Positions 1 to 11,723 of a stretch of DNA of 64,000 nt are shown here, in pieces (within the stretch, counting starts at the first letter, position 1; the number at the start of each line of letters is the position of its first letter). The stretch is from Octopus bimaculoides (Eukaryota). Under the pieces are notes generated by a model that was not told the DNA's origin, made no database searches, and saw only the letters and a program-made list of their open reading frames with translations. A program made the translations under genes and the position numbers. The stretch covers positions 12,226,615 to 12,290,614 of the forward strand of contig NC_068994.1 in assembly GCF_001194135.2 (NCBI RefSeq), in the 5' to 3' direction.

Positions 1-1656
1 TATATATGTATGTATACAACAGGCTTCTTTCAGTTTCTGTTTACCAAGTCCACTTGCAAGGCTTTGGTCAGCTGGGTACTATAGTCGAAGGAACTTGCCT
101 AAGGTGCCATGCAGTGGACTGAACCTGGAACCATATGGTTTGGAAGCGAACTTCTTACCACACAGCTAAGTCTGCACCTGTGTAAAATATTTTTATTGCT
201 GGGGTCGATTTCTTTGACTAAAACCCCTTTCAGACAGTGCTCCAGCATGACTGTAGTCAAGTGACTGAAACCTGTAAAAGCATGTATTATATCTCACTCA
301 TTAGTTTCAGTCTTTAGATTAAAGCCTCTTTCTCTTATATACCCCCCCCCACACACACACACACATAGATATGTATAAACAACAGGCTTCCATTTACCAA
401 ATTCACTCGCAAGACATTGGTCAGCCTGGGACTATAGTAGACACTTGCCCAAGGTACTGTGGGACTGAACCACAAACCACATGGTTGCAAAGTGGCCATC
501 TTAACCACACAGCCATGCTTGCAATCAGATATTTTGAATTAATTGCCATAAAGTAATTATCTAGACATCCTTGGTAGATAAAAACGTATAATTTTACAGA
601 CATTTGATGATTATGAATATTTCTTGTTTGTTCCTTGTTTGTTGTTGTTGTTGTTGTTGTTGTCCACTTCTCTCTGTTGCTTCTCTTTCTTACTGTCTTC
701 GATGCCTGGTACCAAGTTTCTCTTAAACCTTGCCTCTTGTGCCTGTCACCACCATCTCGGTTAATTAACTTGCATTTCACTTTTGTTACCCCCCCCCCAC
801 TCTTTTTTCTCATTCTTGGAACTCTATCTCTGTCTCTCTCTCTCTCACTCTCTTTGTCTGTCTGTCTCTCTCTACTTCCCCCTTCTCTCTACCACACTCT
901 GCTCCCTTTCTCTCTCTCTCTCTCTCTCTGCCCCTCTCTCTCTCTGCCCCTCTCTTCCCTCTTATCTCCCTCTCTCCCCCTCGCTGTGTCCATGAAGTTT
1001 TATCAGATAGTATACAGATCTTTTCTCTTATTTTCTTTTACTTCAGTCACTGGTTTGTGACCATGCTGGGGCACCACCTCGAAGGGTTTAGTCGAACAAA
1101 CTGACCCTAGAAGTTATCTTATCAATCCCTTTTGCTGAACAATTAAGGTATGGGAATGTAAACAAACCAGCAACGGGTATCAATTGGGCACAGGTTCTAA
1201 AAATAAACAGTCACATCATCAAAATTTTATAGCTACAAGATTATGCATGAATAATTCAAAACAATGAATAAATAAGCTTTGCATTTGGCCGGTGCTCCAC
1301 AACCTTTTTCCACTTGCGGTACACTTATATTCCTTTCAGAATTCAGTGGCACAGCTGAACTAAAAATATAACTAAAAGTATAGGGGAAAATATTACATTC
1401 AGGTTACACTGTGGCATACATAGCATCGTCTTGTGGTACACTAGTGTGTTGCGGAATACCGGTTGCAGAGCACTGCATTTGACAGAGGGATTTGAATGCT
1501 AAAGGGTTAAATAAAGAAACTGTTANNNNNNNNNNNNNNNNNNNNNNNNNNNNNNNNNNNNNNNNNNNNNNNNNNNNNNNNNNNNNNNNNNNNNNNNNNN
1601 NNNNNNNNNNNNNNNNNNNNNNNNNNNNNNNNNNNNNNNNNNNNNNNNNNNNNNNN

Positions 1657-1716
1657 ACCAAAGCCTTGTGAGTGGATTTGGTAGATGGAAACTGAAAGAA
1701 GCCTGTCGTATATATG

Positions 1717-1747
<31 letters not shown>

Positions 1748-1965
1748 AAGTTTGTGTGTCTGTGTTTGTCCCCCAACATCGCTTGAGAACCGATGCTGGT
1801 GTGTATGTGTCCCCGTAACTTAGCGGTTCAGCAAAAGAGACCGATAGAATAAGTACTAGGTTTCCAAAGAATAAGTCCTGGGGTCGATTTACTCGACTAA
1901 AAAAGGTAGTGCTCCAGCATGGCCGCAGTCAAATGACTGAAACAAATAAAAGAGTAAAAGAGTAT
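1657..1965 (+). mobile_element. SINE family A, body and tail (head lost in gap)
   Basis: ccaaagccttgtgagtggatttggtaga...tgactgaaacaaataaaagagtaaaagagta. Confidence 0.8.
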
Positions 1966-1990
1966 TAACCATTAGCGTTTGTTCCTGTAG

Positions 1991-2144
1991 GAAGGAGATG
2001 AAGAACTGGAACCAGATGAACTTCCAGAATGGAAAAGAGAAGCACCAGCAGTTGATTTTTCCAAGTATGACTCCGGTAATCCTGAAGAACTTCTCATGAT
2101 GAGCAAGAAAGGCAAAACTTTAATGATGTTTGTGTCAGTTTCTG
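1991..2144 (+). CDS. MESD: MESD internal exon
   Basis: cctgtag acceptor at 1990, gtaagt donor at 2145; encodes ...KGKTLMMFVSVS(G). Confidence 0.92.
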
Positions 2145-5100
2145 GTAAGTATTCTTTATTTCCTTTTTCCATATTGGATATTGGGCTTTCTTTGGACAGT
2201 TCTAGTGGCATACAGTTTGTTAAGAGGTTGGCAACCTCTCACTCAGCCGTTCTCTATTTTTGGATAACGGGAGACGCTGTGAGCAGTTTCCCAGCAACTC
2301 TTCTTGCAGTGCAAAATAGTCTGATTTAAACAGAGAGAGAAAAGGAAGAGAGAAAGAGAGAGAAGAATTACCCTTGTATTTTATTTAAAAAACCTCTACA
2401 GAATAAAAGGCAAAGTTGACCTTGGTGGAATTTGAACTTGAAAGTACAGGGAGCTGGAAGAAATACTGCAGGGCATTCTATCTGATTCTGTAACCAATCT
2501 ACCAATTTACTGTCTTGCCTGGTAACATATTGCTTTATATTCCTTCTGAAGTTTTCTAGAGGTGACTTCAGAATTAACTATGATGATTTAGGTGTAATTC
2601 CTATTAGCAAATGAAACACGTGTAATGGTGAACAAATAACAAAAAAAATTTCCTGTTGTGTGTGTGTGTGTAACTATTTTCTTACCTTGACAGTGCACAG
2701 TAGCTGTAAATGTGTGTCATCTTCATACAAGCAGTATCCTGTGGTTACAATCTTTCATGGAAACATGTCTGGTCATGGGGAAATATTACCTAACTTGGAA
2801 ATAGGTGCAAGTTGCCAACAACAGGAAGAACATCTTACTATAGTAAAATTAATTCCAGCTAATTCCATTTGACCTCTGCAAGCATGGGAAAGTAGACTTT
2901 AAAATGATGATGTTGTTGTTGTTTCCACCCCTCCCCCTTGTTAATGAGTGAGTCTAACTATGTCTAAGGCAGACACTAGCGCATGTTGCAGTCCTTGGAC
3001 TTATTGGAGCCTGTGAAACCGTCCAACCCATGCCAGCATGGGAGATGGATGTTAACCCATTACCTCCCATAATTCTATTAACTGGAATTTTTTAATGAAA
3101 CTTTGATTTCTAGCATAAAACAGCCTTAGAAACACGCTGAAATGATCAAAATAACATTTTAAATAGCAATAAGCGAGATATTGGGTGAAAAATTTGGAAA
3201 CCTCATTTGAATATCAGAGAAATATACCTAGTAGATATAGCAAAAAGGTTAGATATACTCTTTTACCCTTTTACTTGTTTCAGTCTTTTGACTGTGGCCA
3301 TGCTGGAGCACCGCCTTTAGTCGAGCAAATCGACCCCAGGACTTATTCTTTAGAAGCCTAGTACTTATTCTATCGGGCTCTATTGCCGAACCGCTAAGTT
3401 ACGGGGACATAAACACACCAGCATTGGTTGTCAAGCGATATTGGGGGGACACACAGACACACAAACATATACACACATACATATATATCATCATCATCAT
3501 CATCATCATCGTTTAACGTCCGCTTTCCATGCTAGCATGGGTTGGAGGATTTGACTGAGGACTGGTGAAACCGGATGGCAACACCAGGCTCCAGTCTGAT
3601 TTGGCAGAGTTTCTACAGCTGGATGCCCTTCCTAACGCCAACCACTCAGAGAGTGTAGTGGGTGCTTTTACGGGCTTCTTTCAGTTTCCATCTACCAAAT
3701 CCACTCACAAGGCTTTGGTTGGCCCGAGGCTATAGTAGAAGACACTTGCCCAAGATGCCACGCAGTGGGACTGAACCCGGGACAATGTGGTTGGTAAGCA
3801 AGCTACTTACCACACAGCCACTCCTACGCCTATGTGTAAATATTGACAGATAATTACGAAATTTGTAATTTTTAAGTGATCTCATATGAGATCCCTGGTA
3901 GGTAATGGGTTAAGTGATGACGACAATGATGAAGAGTCAATTTGTTTGACTGAAAAACTCTTTGAGGCAGCACTCCAGCATGACTGCAGTCCAATGACTG
4001 AAACAAGTAAAAGATAAAAGATATTTTGAGTGACTATATAGAGGCTCCTGCTCTTGCTGGCTTTGTGTTATTGTTGATGTTGTTGCTGGTAGTGTTTATC
4101 CTCTCTCTCTAGTTAGCCTTGAATGTGCAAACCTGTCATCAAAGACATTCCAACCATGACCATCTTCTCACTAACAGGTGACCCACCACGGCACGAGACC
4201 GAAGAAATTACGTCACTCTGGCAGAGCAGTTTATATAACGCAAACATAGATATTACACGGTGAGGAAACAATCCATTTTCTCTTTGTTGTCATTTGTTTT
4301 TAATGTCTTTTAGGTTTTACTCTTTTTTACTCTTTTTAGTCATTTGACTGCGGCCATGCTGGAGCACCGCCTTTAGTCGAGCAAATCGACCCCAGGACTT
4401 ATTCTTTGTAAGCCTAGTACTTATTCTATCGATCTCTTTTGCCGAACTGCTAAGTTATGGGGACGTAAACACACCAGTATCGGTTGTCAAGCGATGTTGG
4501 GGAGACAAACACAGACACACACACACATATATATATATATATACGACGGGCTTCTTTCAGTTTCCGTCTACCAAATCCACTCACAAGGCTTTCGTCGGCC
4601 CGAGGCTATAGTAGAAGACACTTGCCCAAGGTGCCATGCAGAGGGAATTAACCCAGAACCATATGGTTGGTAAGCAAGCTACTTACCACACAGCCACTCC
4701 TGCGCCTCACGTGTAACAAAATTATAAATGACCTTGGTTTTCAAGAAGCTCAAGCATGGGTTTTCTAAATCCTTAAATTCTATTATTAAAATATTCATTT
4801 TTGTGTATTGCAGATATTTAATCAGTGACAACCGAGCAATTTTCATGTTAAAAGATGGCTCAAAAGCATGGGAGATAAAGAACTTCCTTGTCCAGCAGGA
4901 ACGATGTTTGTCAGTAACCATAGAGAACCAGGACTTCCCTGGCAAAGGATCACCTGTTAGTATAACATATTCATTTGTTAATTAATTAAATCTTTAATCA
5001 AAATTCGCCAAAACTTTCAGGTATGATTAAAAAAATAATTTCTCAATATTGAGAAATATCCAATCTAACAATGATTTCTTAGCGGAGTTACAATGTCTTG

Positions 5101-6748
5101 GTGGTGGGGTTTAACTCTTTAACATTTAAACTGCCCATATATCCCATCTGCTTCATGTTCAAACAAGCTAGATTCGTCACTTACCCTTACCCTACATCAC
5201 ACTTACCCTACAATGTTATTCTAAAAATAACAATGACGTTGTTGAAATCTCAAAGCTACAACATAATGCATGATTAACTCGAAACAATGTGAATAAGCAT
5301 TACAGTTGACAGAGCAATTTGAATGTGAAAGGGTTAAAAGTATGAAGCAGATGTTGTGCTGTGTATGGGTCCACAAGTGGACTGTGAGTTTTTGAGGGCT
5401 TGTTGGGAAAGGCCAAGTAATTTAGAAAATGTGTTTTTAATGCCATGTACTAGTGCAACTGTATTTCTTTGCAGTGAAATTTATTACTTGTAGCACCCAT
5501 CTCTGCTTTAAAACAATTTTGATACTCATTTTACACACACACATTTATAGTCATCATCATATAATGTGTACCTTCTATGTGGGCATGGGTTGGACTGTGT
5601 GATAGGAGCTGGTGAGCCAAAGGATTGCAGCAAGCACTACTGTCTGCTTTGGCATGGTTTTTTTGGTTCAATTCCCTTCCTATAGCCAACCACTTTACAG
5701 AATGTATATATGGGCGGTGAGCCGGTAGAAACGTTAGCACGCCGGGCGAAATGCTTAGCAGTATTTCGTATGCCGTTACGTTCTGAGTTCAAATTCCGCC
5801 GAGGTGGACTTTGCCTTTCATCCTTTCGGGGTCGATAAATTAAGTACCAGTTACGCAATGGGGTCGATGTAATCGACTTAATCCCTTTGTCTGTCCTTGT
5901 TTGTCCCCTGTATGTTTAGCCCCTTGTGGGCAATAAAGAAATAAGAATGTATATGGTGTTCTTTACATGGCACCAGCATGAGTGAGGTCACCAAGTGGCT
6001 CACAAGAGGGTTGAGTAGTATTGAGGGAGGTGGCTTTGTGCTGGGTGATGAGAGGTAAAATTATGATAGAGGGATAAAAACAGGTGTCTTGCAGTAGAGG
6101 TGATACATGGCTGCTCCTGTTGTAAAAGGAGAGAAGTGTTATTGGATGCCATTTAACTTTTTAAAAGTTTACTTATATATATATATATAGCATTTAAAAA
6201 GTTATTAGTGTCCAATAACACATGTACTTAATCCAGCTATGTAAATTTGATTTGCAATCATGGATCTAAAGTAAGTTGAAGTGGTAGGTACTATATATTA
6301 AAAAGGTTGCTGGTTCAACCATTATCAAAGTCCTTCATGTGTGTGTGTGTGTTTGAGCATCTACTTATGTTTAGTTCTATCTTTATTAAAAATACTTCCT
6401 CAAAGTTTAAAAAACTGTTATTCTTAATCTATCTGCCTGTTAAACACCCTTTGGCGTCTTTAGAAGAATTCCTCTGTTCCAAGCCCTCACACTAGGTCTC
6501 CAGTTTGGAAATAATTGCTTTCTTCCTTCATTAAAACTCTCAACCCATAATCTTGGAAGCCCTGAAAAAAATCAAGGGCATTGCCTTTCTGTTTTCTGAC
6601 TAAATCTTTAAAACAATTATTTTTATTGTAATTATAACATTTATTTTATTGTATCTGTAATACATATCTAATGTTTATCAACAAATATCTAATTATCTTT
6701 TATATATATATATATATATATTTATAACAGAAAAAAACTGAATTATGA
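1991..6748 (+). CDS. MESD: LDLR/LRP chaperone MESD (boca), 5'-partial; exons 1991-2144, 4178-4259, 4814-4955, 6731-6748
   Basis: Spliced translation EGDEELEPDELPEWKREAPAVDFSKYDSGNPEELLMMSKKGKTLMMFVSVSG/DPPRHETEEITSLWQSSLYNANIDITR/YLISDNRAIFMLKDGSKAWEIKNFLVQQERCLSVTIENQDFPGKGSP/KKTEL* matches the MESD family core as I recall it. All junctions are AG/GT with consistent phases (1, 2, 0). The signal-peptide exon was not seen (upstream of the window or in a gap). Confidence 0.93.
3265..3835 (-). mobile_element. SINE family A with a nested RTE-type 3' fragment (3487-3670)
   Basis: SINE A tail, then (CAT)n plus the RTE-type segment, then the remainder of SINE A. Confidence 0.75.
4178..4259 (+). CDS. 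MESD: MESD internal exon (absent from the ORF track)
   Basis: ctaacag acceptor, gtgagg donor; encodes DPPRHETEEITSLWQSSLYNANIDITR; phase 1 in, phase 2 out. Confidence 0.92.
4318..4707 (-). mobile_element. tRNA-derived SINE, family A, full length
   Basis: On - strand: A-box tggctgtgtggtaa, B-box-like ggttaattccc, body, internal TA/CA repeat, (AAAAGAGT)n tail. Confidence 0.85.
4814..4955 (+). CDS. MESD: MESD exon
   Basis: ttgcag acceptor; encodes YLISDNRAIFMLKDGSKAWEIKNFLVQQERCLSVTIENQDFPGKGSP; probable gttagt donor at 4956. Confidence 0.88.
5111..5337. mobile_element. piggyBac-like MITE copy (degenerate)
   Basis: TTAA flanks; shared core gaaatctcaaagctaca...gcatgattaa. Confidence 0.65.
5715..5945 (+). 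mobile_element. SINE family B
   Basis: Near-identical to 43741-43970. Confidence 0.8.
6731..6748 (+). CDS. MESD: Putative MESD terminal micro-exon, KKTEL* (ER-retention signal)
   Basis: tttataacag acceptor followed by AAA AAA ACT GAA TTA TGA, in phase 0 with the preceding exon. MESD proteins end in KDEL-like motifs. AATAAA near 7143. Confidence 0.65.
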   Translation, partial: KKTEL

Positions 6749-9464
6749 GGTGGAAAAAGTCTCTAGTGTGGTCCTAAATTTCCTGAAGAAATAGATTACC
6801 AAAAAACCAAAGACACAATGAAGAATCTTGAAGAATCTCTTTTCATCCCGACTAAGACGTATATATATATATATATAATATATATATATATAATATATAT
6901 ATATATATATCAATCAATCAAATGTATGTGCGTATTTTAAAAGGAATAATGATATAAAAAAATAATGGTTTTTTTACAATGAGTCTCCATCATTTATCAT
7001 CATCATCATCTCCAACATCAATGACTTTATAACCGTGACATCTAAATTGGTCTTTTAAACACAGACAGGATTAACTTTCCTCATTCTCTTCCTTTCTTTC
7101 CAGTCCCATTGCTCTGTAAGATATTGAACCCTTTATATCATAAATAAAAATATTAACTAAATGTTTCTATATTTTTATTATATAATATACTGGTTGTGTG
7201 GCTGAGAAGCTGGTTCCCAACCATGTAGTCTTTGGTTCAGTCCCACTGTGCAGCAGGACAAGTGCTTTCTATAGTACTTTGGGCAAATGTTTCCTATAGT
7301 ACCCCTCTCAAGAACTTGATTTGTTGCTACTCGAATCAGTTACCAACCACGTTTGGGCAGAGGTGTGACTGTTTGGTTAGGAAACTTGCTTCCTAGCCAT
7401 ATGGTCTCAGGTTCAATCCCACTGGGTGGTAACTTGGGTGTCTTCTACTATAGCCCTGAGCCAACTAAAGCCTTGTGCGTTGATTCGGAAGCTAGAAGAA
7501 GCCCATTCTGTATTTGTGTGTACCCATGTCTTGACATGTGATGATTGTAAACAAATGTTACCATCGTATAAACAATGTTGTTCATTTTCAGTCTTCTGTG
7601 GAAAACATTTTCTGACCTTATGGAGAAAGGTGAGGGTTAGTGACAGGAAGGACATCCAACTGTAGAAAAATTTGCTTCAACAAATTTCATCTGTCCCAAG
7701 CAAGTATGGAAAGTGGATGTTAAATGATGATGATGATGAAGAAGCTTTGCAGAGTGTACCGAGTGCTTTTTGGGGTACCACATCACTTATTGTTTGTTGA
7801 CAAAGATACTCCATCTTCCCTCGTGATTAGTTTGGTATGTGGTTGTGAGAAGAGGAATCTAGTTTTCAGGACTGGCCCCTTCGCCTCAGAGATGTCTACA
7901 GACCGTCGACCAAATTGCAAGTACCTTGTTTTTTCTACCCGATCGCTCTAAGGTCTGAAGTAACAATCACTGATGANNNNNNNNNNNNNNNNNNNNNNNN
8001 NNNNNNNNNNNNNNNNNNNNNNNNNNNNNNNNNNNNNNNNNNNNNNNNNNNNNNNNNNNNNNNNNNNNNNNNNNNNNNNNNNNNNNNNNNNNNNNNNNNN
8101 NNNNNNNNNNNNNNNNNNNNNNNNNNNNNNNNNNNNNNNNNNNNNNNNNNNNNNNNNNNNNNNNNNNNNNNNNNNNNNNNNNNNNNNNNNNNNNNNNNNN
8201 NNNNNNNNNNNNNNNNNNNNNNNNNNNNNNNNNNNNNNNNNNNNNNNNNNNNNNNNNNNNNNNNNNNNNNNNNNNNNNNNNNNNNNNNNNNNNNNNNNNN
8301 NNNNNNNNNNNNNNNNNNNNNNNNNNNNNNNNNNNNNNNNNNNNNNNNNNNNNNNNNNNNNNNNNNNNNNNNNNNNNNNNNNNNNNNNNNNNNNNNNNNN
8401 NNNNNNNNNNNNNNNNNNNNNNNNNNNNNNNNNNNNNNNNNNNNNNNNNNNNNNNNNNNNNNNNNNNNNNNNNNNNNNNNNNNNNNNNNNNNNNNNNNNN
8501 NNNNNNNNNNNNNNNNNNNNNNNNNNNNNNNNNNNNNNNNNNNNNNNNNNNNNNNNNNNNNNNNNNNNNNNNNNNNNNNNNNNNNNNNNNNNNNNNNNNN
8601 NNNNNNNNNNNNNNNNNNNNNNNNNNNNNNNNNNNNNNNNNNNNNNNNNNNNNNNNNNNNNNNNNNNNNNNNNNNNNNNNNNNNNNNNNNNNNNNNNNNN
8701 NNNNNNNNNNNNNNNGGCACAACAGAAACAGGAAGTAAGAGAGAGAGAGAAAGTTGTGGTGGAAGAGTACAGCAGGGTTCGCCACCATCCCCTGCCGGAG
8801 CCTCGTGGGGCTTTAGGTGTTTTCGCTCAATAAACACTCACAACGCCTGGTCTGGGAATCGAAACTACGATCCTATGACCGCGAGTCTGCTGCCCTAACC
8901 ACTGGGCCATTGTGCCTCCACCCAGGTGATGTAGTGTAAGCAAAAAGGGACACACCTTATTTTTCCTCAGTGTCATCCAAAATACACTACATCTGAAAAA
9001 AACAAGGGTGAAGTGGTCACAACTGGAATGACTGTGATCATGACACTAAACAACAGCAACAGGAAGAACACATTAAATAATATAGTCTTAGGTAGACGAT
9101 GTTTGAAAAAAAAAATTAAGATGGGGTGGTCACAGCTGGAGTATATTTGGTCAGGAATGACTAACTTTATTAAAAAAATAAATTTTTAAAGTGATTCAAA
9201 TTCAATAGGGTCGCCATGCTGGTCCCTTCTCAGGTGCAACAGAGAAAAACAATATAACAAAGATCAATACCAGGGATATAACAAGATTCAACTGAAACAT
9301 CACTTCCACAGTGTTATTACATTATAATAAAACAATAATCTACATTTACTCCTATCACCACATTTACAATATGGTCATAATTCTTAATGAAAATGAGATC
9401 AAATGCTGTTATTGTTTTTTCACTATTAATTTTGTTTTTATTTCTTTCATTCATTATTTCTTTC

Positions 9465-9735
9465 TTTATTTTTCTTTCATCCTTCCAAATTTTCTTTATC
9501 ATTTTTCTTTATTTCATTATCATTTTTTCTTTCAATCTTCCAAATTTTCTTTATCACTTTTCTTTATTTCTTTATCATTTTCTTTCATTCTTCCAAATTT
9601 TTCTCTATCATTTTTCTTTATTTCATTATCATTTTTTCTTTCATTCTTCCAAATTTTTCTTTATTTCATTATCATTTTTTCTTTCAATCTTCCAAATTTT
9701 CTTTATTTTTCTTTATTTCTTTATCATTTCTTCTT
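9465..9735. repeat. Imperfect tandem repeat (about 45-57 bp unit, about 5 copies) in the LACTB 7b 3' region
   Basis: Recurring ttctttca-tcttccaaattttct...ttatcatttt. Confidence 0.85.
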
Positions 9736-9800
9736 TCTTTTTTACTTCAATTTCTCTTTCGTTGTCTTTCGTCCAGTCAGTCAGTAACAACACCAAACTC

Positions 9801-10353
9801 CTATACCCGATCAAACAGATCAGCTACAGACAAGGCCAATTTACGTAGACTAATATCACCAATATTGCAGATGGCAGTCACAACCACTCCTTTGGGAGGA
9901 TTAGCCTCTGGCTGCAATGAATCTCGAGGTAACATAAGCAAAATGCTACTAGCACCAACAGCATTCCCAGTATGGAAAGCATAGAAACGGTTCTTCAAGC
10001 AATAAGCATGCTCATGTTTGAAAGGAATTAGCTCCCACCCAAGTCCATAGTAAATATCATTAGCTTCAGAGACTTTGGCCCCTTCAACAGGTTTCCACAG
10101 ATCCAACATTGTTTTGCGCTTTAGATAGCCCTTCAACCTGGCTTCATTGTTGTTCTCTTTGTTTTGCATACCTTGTCCTGTTTTTGTACTCAAAGGTGAT
10201 ACATTATCATCAAATTGGAAGCTGTACAGCATTGCATTTCCAAATTTTATCAAGTCCTCAGCAGTTGAAAGGAATCCACCACCAGCCCACTTGTAAGAAT
10301 TGTCAACGTAGGGAGCATTAACCACTTGTCCATTCTTTGAAACACTGTAGAAC
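9801..10353 (-). CDS. LACTB: LACTB terminal exon copy 7b (distal duplicate)
   Basis: cctctcag acceptor in the same phase 2; FYSVSKNGQVVNAPYVDNSYKWAGGGFLS...FHTGNAVGASS...ADLFDRV*; open frame, only in-frame indels relative to 7a. Confidence 0.85.
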
Positions 10354-10997
10354 CTGAGAGGAATACATAAATAAACACAGGTATAAAGCAGGATTGATTG
10401 ATTGATTGATGATTGACAGATAGATGATTGGCTGGATAGATAGCAAGAAAGATAGAAAGGTAATAAATAGATAGATGGAGAGTTAGACAGACATATGGAT
10501 AAAGAGTCAGACAAGTAAATAGATATAGACAGATAGATAGGGAGATGGAAAGATAAGTAGATAGATGGGGAAATAGATAAACAAGAGATGGAGAGAAAGA
10601 CAGACTGAAATAGACAAACAGAAAGATGTAGAGATAGACAGATTGATGATGGATAGATACTCAGACAGACAGACAGATAAGTAGTGGTACATGGTAGATG
10701 CTGTCATAGCACTGAAACTCATATCCTGCCATAACTATAAACATACAAACTTTAAGCTATTTCTAAATATAAAGCAACTTCAGTCTGACTTTATTGTTGA
10801 ATTTGTATTTGTATAATTAGAGTTGGAGAAAAAGAAAAAGAAAATTGATACACTAAGAACAGAATTACTATAAACAATATTAACCATCTTTCATATGTGT
10901 GTGTGTTGCCTGATATGCACAGAATATATTCTAATAAGAAGGCAGGAAGTTGACAAATAGAAGGAAAGATTGATAGATAAACTATTGAAAGAATGCT

Positions 10998-11069
<72 letters not shown>

Positions 11070-11458
11070 GAGTTAGGGGTTGGGGGTTCAACCCACTAAG
11101 GGATAGTATCTTTCAACGGGATACACCGTCTACAAGTAGTTGGGTTCAGCATATTATCCTCCATTTTCTAATTGTTACACATATATATGTGTGTGTGTTT
11201 GTGTGTGTGTGTGCACATATATATATATATATATACAGATATATATGAGAACAGAATAAAACAGGAAGTTTAGCTTATCTTTTTATTATAACATCATAAA
11301 TTACAGAATCTTTATACGTGCTAGTGTGTTGTGTAGAAATTGGATAATGAACTTGAAACGCCAGATTTTCAGAAGAAAATGGTAATTTAATCCATTGTTA
11401 ATTACCACCATAATTGATATGCAGTGCCAAAAGATATATATATATATATAGGTGCCTG

Positions 11459-11535
<77 letters not shown>

Positions 11536-11684
11536 CTATATATATATATCACTGTATAGTAAGAAGTTTGCTTTCCAACCACATGGTTCCAGGTTCAGCA
11601 CCTTGGGCATGTATCTTCTACTATAGCCTCAGGTTGACCAAAGTCTTGTGAGTGGACCTGGTAGATAGAAACTGAAAGTAGGCC

Positions 11685-11723
<39 letters not shown>

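Noticed and set aside
4956-4985. MESD ending at the read-through stop (VSITYSFVN*)
   Set aside because: It gives no ER-retention motif; a gttagt donor and an in-phase KKTEL* exon fit the family better. Retained only as a possible minor isoform.
7915-8898. Long ORFs spanning N runs (also near 12.0, 31.0, 40.6, 53.0, 56.6 and 59.5 kb)
   Set aside because: Artefacts of assembly gaps translated as X.
9801-10514. 237-aa ORF as a stand-alone beta-lactamase gene
   Set aside because: The N-terminal part is (TCTA)n intron microsatellite; LACTB homology starts at the acceptor at 10353, and the SxxK motif is absent.
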